A DNA stretch of 63,241 nucleotides, filler included, from Choristocarpus tenellus KU-1152 (lineage: Eukaryota; Protista; Phaeophyceae): assembly GCA_964200185.2 (NCBI GenBank). It is 10 parts of 10 records of this genome, joined end to end, with 100 filler letters (N's around TTAATTAATTAA, not from the genome) between each part and the next. Parts side by side here need not be neighbours in the genome. Positions count along the whole stretch, not along the records: positions 10,431 to 30,325 come from CAXNAD020000436.1; positions 30,426 to 35,936 come from CAXNAD020010564.1; positions 36,037 to 40,517 come from CAXNAD020014360.1; 7 more parts are not named here. The stretch is one strand, 5' to 3'. This document shows, piece after piece, positions 22,320-36,391 of this stretch. The position numbers were made by a program, and so were the translations under genes. The notes beneath the pieces were generated by a model. The model was not told where the DNA came from. It saw only the letters and a program-made list of their open reading frames with translations, and did no database searches. Each line of letters starts with the position of its first letter. Within the stretch, counting starts at the first letter, position 1.

Positions 22320-24032
22320 AATAATGCTTCGAAGTATTTCTTAATGCCTGGCGAATGGCCAGCACCTTGACCTCCCCTGTTGGTGGTTGAAGCGGCCAAA
22401 TCTAGTCGAGTTAAGATGTGTTTCCTTTCAAAAGATAAGGGCAACTAATAGTAGTTTGTTATACCACTATTGTCCACACGGAAAGTACGGAAGAAATTAT
22501 ATCTGCAATTAATTGCTGGCAATAACGATCTCTACTTCTTCTGTTGTCTTATCCTGTGTACCTGTCTGGAACAGGGAAAATGTAGTTAAGTACTTTGAAG
22601 TATATGCTTGCGGGAGCTAAGCCCCACCTTGTAATGGTGTCTCTCACTCCTTCCATCCCAGTGAGAAAATACTCGATCTGTTTATACTCACAACTCTGTT
22701 ACTACAGGCGAATAGCGCGAGCATTTCTTCTCATGTTTTAGCAAACACGAACATTTGTGAAAGGCGAATCGTGCGAGCATTGTTTCTCGCGTTCTAACAA
22801 TTGCGAACAATGTACGATATTAGTAACACATAGGTAGCCTTACAGAATATATGCTGATTTCGTAGAAGATACAGAGTAAGATTCGTAATGCATATGTAAC
22901 NNNNNNNNNNTGTAACATTACAGACGAAAACGTCAAAGTTCCGAAGAAGGTGCAGAATAAAGGTGTACGATTGGGGTACGTATAGAGCAGTTGCATAGAA
23001 GACCAAAGAAATTGGGTGGACGATGAAAATAATAAGAGGACTTTTGGTCAAAACCCTTTACCCTCTTAATCATTTTTTTTTATCTTGAACTTAACATTGA
23101 GTCGAGCTTTGAGCTAAGCACTGAGTGGAGTATCGAGAGAAAAGGCTGTCTGACACCCAACAAACTGTTGCCAAGGGCAACGTCCCCATAGCGTCGTTTT
23201 ATAAGGTCGTTGGATTTGAGTTATATATCCTGTTGTGGAGGTGAGTTCTGGGGCGCGCTGTAACAACTCGGGCGAAACAACAGATTACCTTCTTTAAAAC
23301 GGAGAGGTGCCTTGTGTTGCTTGAAAAAGATCCAGAACGCTTCAAGGGGTGCGAGAAGAAAGCATGCCCATCTCTACGCGAAATTTCTCTGGACATATCT
23401 GTAGTGTCTGGTGGTGGATTGGTAAGATCTCTGGTTCCAGAACTAATTCTGAAACGTGCTTTTTGATGCGCACTCTAATTATGAACAAACTCCTCCGAAG
23501 AGCATGTATTGGCACTGATGGCATTGAGTGATACATTGTGTAAGGTGTGCAAACCTGTACGAGTACCTGTACGAGATAACCTCAACTATCACCTACCCTA
23601 CCGTATCATCATAGCCGTTGGACACTAACAAAGCTTTTCATCAGCCTGGGTGAATGTGACGGACTCTAGGATGTGGATCTGCCCCAGCGAAATACTACTA
23701 CTAATATTAAGTTTCAACGTGAACAGGCCAGGGACATCAGAGATTTCAAGCTAGCTAGACCATGAGCCTGCCCCAATGAATACTCCAGAATATTGTCACA
23801 GGGGTGGTTCAGGGCCTTCAGATATTTTAGCTGGATCATGTCGTGGACCAGTCCACAACCTTGGTCAGATGAAAAGTCGTGGTTGCATTAATTAGTCTCC
23901 ATGTAACTATCCAGAAATTCATCTCCCATTATTGCCACCATTTGTACATCTTTAAGGCCATTAGTTAACCCTCATCTCCTATTATACAGAGCACAATCAT
24001 ACTTGCTTTGCCAAGAGCATACTTTATTCTTG

Positions 24033-24268
24033 TGTAGAAGTAGATAATTTAAGAAACAATCAGATGATGGAAGAGAACATGTGTGTATCTGAAGAATACG
24101 AGATGGGTATGGGTTAATGAACTAAAATATGGAACACTTCAAGAATAAGAAACATTGTAGCAAGTAATCTATGATTAGCGATCCACAGAATAGGATTGAT
24201 TTGATATAAAGGACTCCCTCCCCTTAGTCTTGAAGGCTCACTCCTCCTTTCTCCTTCCTTCATCTACA
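24033..24268 (+). mobile_element. Possible solo LTR
   Basis: TGTAGA...TCTACA inverted termini, imperfect 5-bp flanks (TCTTG/ACCTG), and a TGTAGCAAGTAA block shared with the copia 3' LTR at ~37650. Confidence 0.4.
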
Positions 24269-25304
24269 ACCTGCCCAACCCAGTAAGGAATTAATCAAGT
24301 CATTTATCTACACAAGTCTTGGGAAACACCAGTTCTTTAGCATGATTATTTGAACCGTCTCTACCTTTTCGCAATGGTATCCATACCGATGGAAAGAAAA
24401 TCTGATCTTCACTTATTCTTACGGTAGTGTGTACTAGTTTAACTACCAAAGGAAAACATATAGACCTAAATTTTAGCAAAATCACCCCTCTAGATCCCAA
24501 GGAGGGAGTAGGGGTGCTATGCTCAGAATTATTGATCGATGCGTTGATTGTGTGGGGGGGGTGATACACCAGACTAACTATGGAGGAGCGAAATAATGTG
24601 ATGCATATGATAAATTATTCAAAGTAATACGTTGAATTTGTACTTTTAACATTCTATCCATTAAAACCACTGAATGACCCACCCAGAAAGGGTGCACATC
24701 ATGCACACAGAGCTAGCAACGAGAATAGATCCTCAAGCTACATTGAACCTTGCTCAGGACTCAAAAAGGAAAGACTCAGATCCTTGCAGCCCTCGGCCTT
24801 TGCTTTGAGTCCTGCCTCCCTCGCCTACTTACTCTTCAAGGCAATGGCCCTGTTTAAGCCGACAAGCTCCATTGTGCTGTCTGTGAGTTTCTGTCAACAC
24901 CTCCCCCCTGATCCCTGAGCTGACAGTCATTCGCTGACTACTATACTGTCTATGTAGCAGTAGTTAATGGCATATCCATAAACTCAAAGGACCCGGGAGG
25001 ATGTAATAATAAGTGCTAGTGCCATCTCAGTCTATTGCTATCGTTCAATTTTTATGGTGCGTACATGTGTCTATCTGTTTTGCACTTATCTGTGCTTGTT
25101 GGGGGGGTATCAATGTACCTTGCTGCTAAAGACTTCCCTTCGGAGGGGGATACCATACAAGTCGGTGAACCAGAACAATTACATTGATACATAGAACAGA
25201 ATGGTGTGTGGGGCAGGGGGGACTGGGAGGGCAAGAGAGCTCCTGGGTCAGTCTACCAGGCAGCTAGTACAACACTGTGCATGGTAACATTCCCAATGTG
25301 ATCC

Positions 25305-28194
25305 TTAGAAAAGGTTGCCAAACATGCCTGCCTCCTTATTCCCCTTCTCCACAGCCATCCTTATCTCATCTGGAGACATGCGATCCTCTTTGGTCAAGAG
25401 CACCTGCAGAGTAGTTGTGGGTAACACCGGTCAGAACAAGATGGTACACACGATAAATAAGGGCTGGGAGGAAAAGGAACGTAGGTATCCCCACAGAGCT
25501 CTAAATTCAATCAGGTTTGGTCACGTGAGCAAACGAGGCCGGCAGGAGGCTTGAATCGTCAGGTTTGAAAAGGGAGTGGCTGGGCTGACACACGAAACGT
25601 AATATAAGCTGTGTCAACCGGGGCGTAGCCCCACAAAGGCACAGACTAACAAAAATAGGACAAACTAACATACACACAAGCTCACACCATTCACCAAGTG
25701 CTCTATGCACAGCCGCTCAAATAAAAAGGGGCGACAACCTGCTGGAAGTAAGACACCAACCACGAACACATTGCGACCAAACCCTTCCCCCTCCCTTGCG
25801 CCACTCCTTTCCTCTACCAAGTCTTGAAGACCCCATGGGCTCGCCCCATTCTTCACTGCCTTCTGCACCTTTGGGGGTCCGATCTTGGGTTTCCTCGCCA
25901 CGGTCCAGTCCTTGGGATAGGCACGGAACACAAAGTCGTTTGTCTCAGTTCCTAGTGGTCGCAGCTGGAAGGCTGAGGTGAACTCCTGGTGCAGCAAGGC
26001 CAAGGGGCGGGTCGGGATTTGGTACAGACAGCGATTGTTTCTGCCGCTACACAGTGTTCCTGCTTGAACGACTTCTTGTAGTAGGTGGCAAGATCAGGGA
26101 CGGGGAAGCGGCTGGGGCCGGGGGGGGGGTACTTGAAAGGCTGATGCAGGGGTGTGACATATGGAGTGAGAACACATGGGATGGGAAGACAGTATCCTTG
26201 GAGTGTGGTATGATGAGCAAGGTGTTCAGAAAAACCAGGTATTGGGATATCCAGCTCCTCTGCTGACTGCAGAGTGGGTACCATAAAGTGGGACCAGGGG
26301 GCTTATACAGAGTCAATAGGGATAGGTCGAGTGCTATTTGCGGACCACGTTGTACGCAAGCAAGAGGTAGCAGGACCCAGTAACGCCATGCCCAGGTGCA
26401 AGCACCCGGGTGTTGGGGAATGCTGCAACAAAAAATCCCATTCTTCGCAGACATCGCACCGATTCAAAGAACTCCTTCTGCTTGTCGTTCATGAAGGGGG
26501 CCTGACATGATTGTGGGCATGGCGGAGAGCGTGGTAGACAGTACAGCGGTTGTTAGGAGTGGTTAGGAGTGCGGAGCATGATAAACGTTAATTTGACATT
26601 GAAATCCTCTCCTTTCCAATATTTGAGTAAAGTACCAAGAGCTGTTGAGTCAAGGGGGAGGGGAAGCACACACACAGCGCGCGTTGCGCCTAACAAAATG
26701 TGATCATACATTGCTTCTACAATACAGCAGAAGTGCATGGGCATACAGTTTAGTCTGTCTGGTGGGGGCCAGTCTGGACATGCTCATACTCTGTACCTGA
26801 TGCAGTCGTGCATTGAGGAGGAGAATCAGACAGCCCTGTCCAAGCAGTGCTGACAGGCGTTCAATAACCTAGAATTTGCAGGGAGTGGATTGGTAGGTGT
26901 TGGGGGCTAGGATTAGATCAAGATTGGACCCAAAGTTATGATAATTGGGGCCAAGTATAGCATTAGTTGAGTTTACGATCAGGTTCTAATTGTTATTTAG
27001 GAACGGGATTATGACCGAGGCTGGGTGATGGATGGTGTTGAGATTACAGTTGGAATTAGGGTTTCAGTAGGCAATGGAGCCATGGCTATGAATTGGGCAA
27101 CAACATGCACCAGGGGATACGGTCAGGAAGAGGGTTGTGGCTGGAACAAGGGTTAGTGTTAGGGCTATTGATAGGATTGACAACAGAGTTGTGGTTAAAC
27201 AGAGGAGCGGGGACAAAAAAAGAAAGGGTGATACAATACCTCCCTCCCTCTAGCTCTCAGGGTTACAGCTGTCAACGCTTGGGTTTTGGGCAAGTGCAAG
27301 GGTGGAGCAGATGCATGCGAATTGGTGGGGCGGTGGGGGTGAGGGGTAGGGCAGCACCCTTTTGGTTGGGGAATTGAGCAGGAGTGGGAATCTGGGTGTG
27401 TGTAACTGAGAGGCATCAACAAAAACTGGTAGTGCCTTGTTTCAGGGAAAGTGTAGCAGTGACACTAATTCTGCACCAACAGGGTCAAACAAAAGCACTT
27501 CCCATTTGCGCAGGCCAAAGGGCTAATGCAGTGCTTCACTTGTGCCCCGGTGTGATACCATCAGTGAAGTGATAGCAAACCCTTTCACAAATTGCACAAA
27601 TACTGCTTTGGGTCTAAGCTACACCTAAACATCCCTTTCAAGATGGGTTATAAAACAAATATGTACATATGAAGTACGCAAGTAGTACATAAAAACTATG
27701 TACTTTTAAGAGGTGATAAACACTGTACTGCACATTACATCCCTTTTCCAATCCTCAGGTGGTGACTTCGGCACATCATCAAACCTGATGGGAAGTGCTC
27801 CAAGTAGCACACACAGCACGATTATAGAATCTTCCAGAATTTTGTGCATTTTCCAAGCATGCAGGGCACCACCCCCTTGTGATAAGTGCTTGGGCTCACC
27901 GGCATATCTGATTGCTTTGGAGAGACCACCATGAGCACTTCAGTCCCTTTCGGCACCACTTTCCCACCCCAGCCTCCCACCCCAACGCTCCCCCCACCCC
28001 CCCCATTGTCCTCTTTATCCTTCCTTTCATTCAAGACTTTCTTAGAAAAGCCTGCCACTCCCCCTTTATTCTTTTTGGCCCTAACCGATGTCTTTTTTGG
28101 AAAGAAGCAAGTCACCCTGCCCTTGTAAGGAGCTCCCTGATCCCACACCTTCTTGGCTGCCTTGGCCTCAGCATCTGATGAGAACACAACAACC

Positions 28195-28225
<31 letters not shown>

Positions 28226-30073
28226 TGTTCGGACAGGTTATGGGGGTTTCAAAAGGGAGTAAAAGATTTGGAGGTTTGTTTTTTGGGGANNNNNNNNNNA
28301 CACTCCCATTCCCTCCCTCCACCGGCTCGATGGTGGGAGGAGAGACAAGGGGGGGGGGGGGGGGGGGGGGGGGGGGTCAGATGTTGATCGACAGGTTATG
28401 GAGGTTTCAAAAGTGATGAAAAGATTTGAAGGTTTGATTCTTGGGAAAGTACTGTGCGTGCCTATTTCCTGTGCCTTTTCTCTCTGTTCCTCTTCAATAC
28501 TTCGGAGTATGCAACCCCAGATCCTCTATTGTTGAGGCGAGGAAGATAGGTGGTTTTAGTGTTGGCCTTCTTGTGGGTGCAGCTAGTTAAGGAGTTTTTG
28601 ATGTTCAAACATGAATCAAAATATATATCAGAAGCACAGGTCTATGCCTAAACGTCAATCTGCACGTTTACACCAACACACACAGTTGCTACCATAGTCT
28701 TTAAGGTCTGTACATAAAACACCACCACATAGACAACACATATTGACCATATTATCAGAGTCTCTACAGTAGCAACATGTCGAGTTACCTAATATTTGTG
28801 CTTTGGCTTTTGGTCTTCCTGAAAAGCACACATGTGTGGCTAAGGTGTTTGTCAGGAGTATGAGGTTTGTTCTGCCATTATTGTAATTCATTAAGGGTAA
28901 CTTTGAAGTGGGATCTCTTGACCTACTTAGGCCTGGGGGATTCAGAGTAAAGGGAGGCCTATACCTTAGGATATGTCATTCAGATATGTTAAAATGGTGT
29001 GATAGGATCCACTTGTTGGCCCCCAATGAAGCAAGACCTACAGACCAGGGTAGTCGTATATTTGATTAAAAAATGTCTTTGAAGTTCAAATGTGCAACGT
29101 AAGGTAGACTGATTCAAGCAAGCCCCTTTACGTGAACGCGCGAGCGAACAAACATAGACGTACCAGGTGATCTCCAAGCACATCGAACATCTCCACAAAG
29201 AGGCGTGCCAACTCCCGATCAGATTTCTGGATGTCCTTAGCAGAAGGTGACTTGGCAGGGGGCGCAGGGGAACGGGAGGGGGACGGTTGTTCCCATGTGT
29301 GAAACGCATTTATTTATGCACAAAAGTAGGGATGATATACCACTAAAATACACGCCCCGAACTATCCCATCAGTAGGGCTACAGAATATTATTGGAAATG
29401 GTATCCAGAGTAGCCTGGTGAAGCAAATTCGGTCATGGAGCAGTAGACTTTTCTCGGGAAGGATGATCCCTCTGTTACCTTGTTCCCCGACTCATCCACC
29501 TCTACTCCAAGTCGCGCTGCAAAAGGAAGATCCACGTCCATGCGCGACTGCCGATCCTTGAGACCCTCCTGTCTTGCCCAACAAGTACGATGTGGTGTAG
29601 AGGTTTAGGTTTGGGAAGTGAGGACAATACCTATAGACGATAGAGGGAAGCGAAGAGCTTTTGTTCGCAAGGATTGGCAATTACTAAATTGACTTGATAG
29701 TGAGCGTGAAGGTACGCTTGCTTGCATGCTTAGACTCGGAGTTAGAAGTCTTGACCACACGACATTGGACAACGTTATCAAGTATTGCATGTACAACCGG
29801 ATAAGTGTTCATGGGGTGGTATTGGGCAGAGCTTACCTGCACTGCTGATCTCATAGCATTAACTGTCTCCTTCACATTTCGGGGCATTGGGGTGGAAGGC
29901 TTGGCCATCATGGTCGACGTTGTTACGTGGGGTGTGCGATAAACTCTCTTCAATGAAAAAGCCCTCTGAGATGGGGGTACCAGAAGAGGCTTCCCACATG
30001 GAACTTGCAATAGGACCAGCGTGAACGAAATCCAAGCACACACAAGGGAGATGCGCGCACGTTGGTCCATCAT
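25305..30073 (-). CDS. DUF1995-domain protein with probable bipartite plastid-targeting presequence, about 8 exons
   Basis: Exons give MMDQRARISLVCAWISFTLVLLQ..(signal plus transit-like)..PRNVKETVNAMRSAVQ | GLKDRQSRMDVDLP | SDRELARLFVEMF | VVVFSSDAEAKAAKKVW..EVLMVVSP | LILLLNARL | FESV | FVFRAYPKDWTVARKPKIGPPK | VLLTKEDRMSPDEI..GNLF*. The FRAYP.DW and ILLNARL motifs are typical of DUF1995. Confidence 0.8.
26900..27200 (+). repeat. Highly decayed 6-bp-period GGGTTA-like repeat inside an intron
   Basis: Hexamer phase is visible: gggata cggtca ggaaga gggttg tggctg gaacaa gggtta gtgtta gggcta ttgata ggattg. Confidence 0.45.
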
Positions 30074-31049
30074 GCTACCCTCAGTAGCGTAGGTTTGCAA
30101 GGGAAAGCTGAAAGTAGTTTGGTTCAACTTCGACACATAATAATTGATCATATACGAGTATTTGTCAGGGATATTTGAGCATGTGGCATCGTATGATACG
30201 ATGGGGTTTGTTCTTGTGTTGAGGTATTGGGGATCTATCTTGGTGTGTGAGAGACTCTTGGGTTGGGGAATCCCATGAGCCCAGCGTTGTGACGCATCAG
30301 GTATACCCTTTACCAGAATGCCGGGNNNNNNNNNNNNNNNNNNNNNNNNNNNNNNNNNNNNNNNNNNNNTTAATTAATTAANNNNNNNNNNNNNNNNNNN
30401 NNNNNNNNNNNNNNNNNNNNNNNNNGTGTAGACCCCCCCCCCCCCCCCCTCCCCAGATACTTGGAGTCTGCATTTTTTTCTTCGTCTGGTCCATCAGTAC
30501 AGCCTAGGGCGACTGACAACCGGAGAGACCACTTTATTACCCCCCATGATTAGGTCAAGTTGTTCAGTTCTTCACATTCTGCAATCAATTTTGCATTCCT
30601 ATTCGGATCCAATGAGCAAAAAGATTCCAATTAAAGACAAAACTCCTTTACTTCCCCAAGATCACTTCAATCCTTGAAGTGTAACGAAGTGAGGATACAT
30701 TTAATTGTACTCTGATTATGTATCATCTGCCATCCTCAGTGTGGAAGAACAATAAATTCAAAGCCCAGGCAAGGATGTAAAGACCTTACTGAGCAGAAGA
30801 TCCAGGAGCAGTTAAGGCATGTTATCAAAATGTTAGTTAGACCAAGATGCAATTAACATGATGGTCAGGCCTGTTGGCAATGCAATATATATAAATGAAC
30901 CATGCTATCAGGTGAAGGCTCCTTGGCCATCCATCCGTCCACGCATAACAAAAAGATGATCCTGTACAAGTTGATGCGTTTCCACACACAGAAATATAGT
31001 TGTATACATTCTTGAATTATAACTACCTGAAAGGCTGACCTTAGAACTC

Positions 31050-33050
31050 ATGCCTTTATCAATTCTACATTTTGGGCAAGGAAATAAAACACCTTGTAAA
31101 AACCACCTTCTACCACGCCTTGCCACATACACAACAAATTGCACAAGATCAAACCCGACCACTCCTTTCTCTCCCCACACAAACCATGTGGTCTGTTTAG
31201 TCAACCGCAATCCCCACCCAGGAAGTGCACCATCTTCATTCCTCTTTCCTTCACCACGAGGACTAGTCAAACCTTGAAAAAAAATGTACCTTCAGCCATT
31301 ACTAAACATAAAACAACTCCAGCCACAGCAACAGTAAAAAAAAGTCACTCCAAACAATACGCCTCCCCATAACGTACTATTGTTCAGAATAGGCACCATC
31401 CTTGCACCCTGCCTCTCCCCTCCCCTTTTTGTTTTGTCTGACACATATAATGCAGTTCGACAGTACTGGATGAATAATCACACACGTTTACCTCCACAGA
31501 TGATTCCTACCATCCTCTCCTTTCCCACTCTCAACTACTACTAGTGTGTGACAAGAACCACACCAAATGGCACAAACTATTTCCAACCGGAGAGTTATTT
31601 TTCTTATTAAAGTGATACACTTCTAAGGCTTCAAACATGCAATGGCAAGTGGCATTCTCTCCACTTGCACCATCAAGACCATTCTCCACATTGCCCAGCT
31701 ACCACCAATACTATAGTGGGCACAAGGACACCCCATGCCATTGTCGAAATACTCTATGACAAATGGAGCACAGAGCAAATACCTCAATGTACACACTGGG
31801 ATTCCAACACAAAAGTCCTCAAAACAACTCCTAGCAGATATTTGGCCTTGTTCCTGATCCCCCTCACCACCTCACCCCATTTGCCACCCTTCCTTCAGGA
31901 CAAGCCTACACTGTGATTGTTAATCCCTTTAATACCATGCAGCACAGACTTGCTGCTTACCAACTTATAGATACCTGGTCTGCTGACTGATACTCCGTGT
32001 AGCGTTGCTGACTACAATAATACCCCTTTCACGATCTATCTCATTGACTCCTCCTCAAGCACAAATGCCTTCCCGCCTCTTATCAAGGGAGGCATCCAGA
32101 GCCAACTTCATCACTTCACCAAATACCAACAAAAACTTTCTACAGACACAAAAAAAACATTTCCAATTCTTTGCCATATCAGTATCTACTGTACAATTGG
32201 GATGAGGCCAACTACTACTTCAGGGGTGGTCTTTCACAGCAGCACACTTAAAGCCCCCCCCCGCCCCCCCAAACCTACTTCTCTCCAACTTAACTACACC
32301 TGACCATTTTCACTGAGCCTTTCACCACACCAACATCTCCAAGCATGAGAAGGGGTCGATCACTGCGGCCCCTACCCAAATGAAACATGGCATCACTACC
32401 TTTTCACTCCTAAGGGCATGGACGTCCAACCACCTGGATAAAACCCTGCAAGAAGAGCAGGTATTCTAAAGTGTAAGAAAAGACCATGGTACATGCACGA
32501 CAACCTAAAAAAAAATCCAGAGTGTACTACTCCCACAGATGACAAGTCATGCTGCAACAACTCAACCACGGGGTGAAAAGTGCAGACAGGGCTGATAGGA
32601 AGGGAGATGGTTGAGGCAATTGCCTCCTTTGATCATAGCCTTTCTACAGAGTGTGGAGGCAGTCAAGCCACGCAAAAAAATGCCTTCCACAAAAACCAAA
32701 CTATGTAAGTAAACAAAACAAGAGCAGGAGAAGGACCACCTCATGCAGAGGAGTACAAAAAACAAAGCCAACCACTCTTGAGAGCAAGCTTCACAAACAC
32801 AAGACAGCTCCTGATATATTCAGTACCATCCAATATGGTAGAGTGTGCCCAGTGTGTACTCATCCACACTCTTCAGATGGCCCAAAACCTCTCAGAACTT
32901 CTTGGAGCTAAATCGAAAATCAGTCAAAATGTGGATCTTCAAAGGCTACGGACGACGTTTTCAAAATGCAGATCTTCAAAAACAAGCATATTTCCTCAAC
33001 ACATGGGTATACAGCAGGCAACCAAACACGACCAGTACCAATACTACCAA
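31050..33050 (+). mobile_element. Possible heavily decayed LINE
   Basis: Strong C/A strand skew and faint RT-like peptides (PHAIVEILYDK, YTVIVNPF, WSAD) in the expected order; no intact motif. Confidence 0.25.
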
Positions 33051-33416
33051 GCATGAACCTATTCCTTCACCAACCCCCCCCCCCCCCCCCCCACCCCCCA
33101 AGGGACCACCCCCACACCCCCCCGCCCCCCCCAACCCAAAACACCCCCAACCCCCCGGCCAAGCAAANNNNNNNNNNCCCCTGTCAACCTGCAAGGTGTC
33201 CATGCACAACACACTCGTACCTCAACAACCCTATACTTCCAACTCTCCAGGGCAGAGCTCAATACATAGACAAAAGTCGCTCCATCTTTTCCTCTCCTGC
33301 AAAACACCTCAACACCCAATAAGACCTTCCTCCTTCAACTGTCCCACACATCCAGACACATTTCTCCATCCATCTACCCCCCCTCCAGTCATCGTGGAAA
33401 GGTTTCCTAATCCCAG

Positions 33417-33799
33417 TCAGGCTACCACTCCGTAACTGAGCTTTCTTGGTGTGCGAGACACATACAACTCTCCAATATAGCAGGGGTCACAATGGATGCA
33501 CTTCTTACAATTCCAGGCAATTTCTCCACTGTCTGGGTGTACACAGAACCTCACCCCAAAATCACACGGATGGAGCTAACATAGCACAAAGAGGCAGGAG
33601 TCGAGCGGGGGAGGGGGAGGGGGGGGGGGGGGGGTGTTTCGGCAGGTTACCTTCACTTTTAGCTTTGAACCAAACTGCCTAACCAAAGCAAAAAAAAAGT
33701 TGTTCCAGAGGNNNNNNNNNNCCCGCGACATTCCCCCCCTTCCTGGATAAAAAAAACACCCCCCCAAAAAAACAGCAGGGGGGGGAAAAAAGGGGAAAA

Positions 33800-33844
<45 letters not shown>

Positions 33845-35805
33845 GTATCAGCATGTTACTATCACTCTTAGCTCTGAACCATACTGCCTAACTCAAGCAC
33901 AGAACCAGTTGATTCAGAGTCGGTCGAACCTCATAAAGAGTCACATCATAGCGCGCAAGCCAAGGGACCCTAACCCTAAATTAGGTTGTGACAAGACTCT
34001 CAAACCCAATTGCACCTACCCTTTACCTGATACAATTGCGACATGTTCTGGTCCAGTGCCTAGGTAAGGCCCTCGAGCCCATACTGCAACAGAAGTGATA
34101 CACATCTTATACACACATCCTACATATACACCTCAAAAAATCGCTGTCGATACAATGGCATGGATTCCTCTAGGCACTATTTGATATCACTGTTTGATAT
34201 CAAACTCTTCACGATGGGTTCAAGGACATGGCAATACAGAACAAACAAAATTAATTCTGACTCAAAACGGACTACTATCCCTACGACAAACAACCTGCTT
34301 GGCTATCGACCCTTCCTTAACAGACCATAAAAATTAATGCATTCTTCATTTCACCACAAGAGGCGAGGCGTTCTGCCACATTTTTTATTATTATTATTAT
34401 GCCACTATTATACATCCTTCCTTGTCCATCCACCACCCACCATTCACAGAAGCCCCAAGCCCTAACACTCACCAAGGTGATAGCATCCCACTCCTCTGGA
34501 GTGAGCACCTCAGACACACAACCGCTCCTGGTCGGATCCAACCCCCCCAACAATGAACGCCTTTCACCAGCTAAGAAACCCTCTACATGCGGTGGAGCCA
34601 ACAGCAGTCCATGACCCTCACAGAGGAATAGACTTGTATCCAGAGCACGAGGAGGGGGTAGCTTGGGGTCTCTCACATAGCCCCTCCATTCAGTGAGCCA
34701 GTAGCGGGGGAGGAGGTGATATATACCTGGGTAGAGGGGGCAAATGGGTGCACCGGAGGCAGCTGCAGCAGCTGCTGTACCAGGGCTTGGGGGAGGAGAC
34801 ATAGCAGATGGTGGGACCTGAGAAAGAAGGACAGGTTGAGGGTATGCATGGATCAGTCCACGAGACTGTGTTGAGGCGGTATATATAGTGAATATATATG
34901 GAGGGAACAAGACCAGGAATGGTCTGTGGTGGTGAGGTTACAGTGCGGTAAGGGTCAAAATAAAATAAAATAATGATGACGTGGAATTGCGAAACTGGTG
35001 CCATGCAAGCAGCGAAAAGATCAGTTTCCCTCCCCCCCCCCCCCCCCCCCCCCATCCCGAAATGACAGTTTCAAAGCAAGAGGCGTTCTCCAACCGCAGT
35101 GCATAGGACGAGGGCGCTCACTTAAAAGTAAGAAGTCAATTCACGAGCATCACAACAAACAAACCATTCTCTGTGTAGAACATAAACACAAGGCATTGTG
35201 CGTCCGATGATCTCGAAGCAATCAACTGAAGCACCCCCCCCGCCTCCATCTCCAAAGCAACTCCATCAACAGATGCAACTAAAAAAAAAAATGCACTAGG
35301 AAAGTCATGGGGACATGCTCGGGTACAGGACAGGACAATACTCGAGGGATTGGAGTCCAGACACATCACACATCGCGCTCGTTGTAGGGACACAGAATAT
35401 AAGGCACAGTACACAAACCACAGGCCTGGAAAAGATGCTTCTTCTGGGTGGGCAGCTTACTAGTTTACTGCGCCGAGACCAACGGAAACATACAAAAACA
35501 TCCAACACACATAATACAAAAACTCACAATGAACATAGATCCAACACACTCCGTGTACCCACCATTCTCCTCCCAGACTTACCCCAGCCTTGCGGGCAAA
35601 GAGTCCCCTCAGTGTGGGGGTGGCTATCTCTTGTTCCCTGAGGTGCTTAACAGTGACCTTCGCCTGCCTCTCTGTCTCTGCATCACCATGGCACTCGTGG
35701 CACTCTCCCTGACTGGAGTGGAAAGCATCTGCCCTGGGGAAAAACGCCACCAGCTCATGCCAAACCCTCTTTTCAACTGTTTGGCGCTGAGAAGAAACAG
35801 ACATG
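33417..35805 (-). CDS. 3' exons of a USP48/UBP26-like ubiquitin-specific protease (DUSP-like region)
   Basis: Exons RQTVEKRVWHELVAFFPRADAFHSSQGECHEC (~35581-35805), YHLLPRYWLTEWRGYVRDP..PRALDTSLFLCEGHGLL..EVLTPEEWDAI (~34473-34817) and LHPCDFGVRFCV..WNCKKCIHCDP..* (33417-33575). Phase is compatible across the last intron. The catalytic domain is not in the window. Confidence 0.7.
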
Positions 35806-36066
35806 ATTTGCAGGAGGAAGTGTTAAATCTCAGTGAAACAACCAACACAACACATGAGATCAAAGGTAATACTTGGGGGGGGGGGGGGGGGCGGGTTTGG
35901 GGAGGGGTAAGGGGGGGGAATGGGAGGGGAAGAGGGNNNNNNNNNNNNNNNNNNNNNNNNNNNNNNNNNNNNNNNNNNNNTTAATTAATTAANNNNNNNN
36001 NNNNNNNNNNNNNNNNNNNNNNNNNNNNNNNNNNNNGGTTTATGTTTTGTTTGTGGGCAATGTGTG

Positions 36067-36249
36067 GACCAAAGGTTTGGGGGGGGGGGGGGGGGGGTCT
36101 ACACCAGGGTGCCCATTTGGACCAAAATCAGGAAAAGTGTATTTATATTATCCATCCGACAGATGCAACCAAATCACACAAAAATCGCAACATGAAAAAA
36201 TCGACCCCAAATGGACAGTCGCTACCCCCCCCCCTAGAAACTTTGGGTC
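36067..36249. mobile_element. MITE family A
   Basis: GACCAAAGGTTTGGGG ... AAACTTTGGGTC with the conserved interior. Confidence 0.85.
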
Positions 36250-36391
36250 AGTGCAAAGGTCCAAGGTGGGACTAGGACAACCTTAAGGACAAAGAGAGTG
36301 GAGCAGGAGGGACCTGTTCCAGATGACTACAAATCCATGATTGGTGGTATATAGAATGGGCTGCTATCATGACTAGACCTGATGTATGTTT

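Noticed and set aside
32845-33435. Proline-rich ORFs, also at 33576-33854, 57342-57686 and minus-strand 62004-63134
   Set aside because: They arise from poly-C tracts or are antisense to the Gly-rich plus-strand exon.
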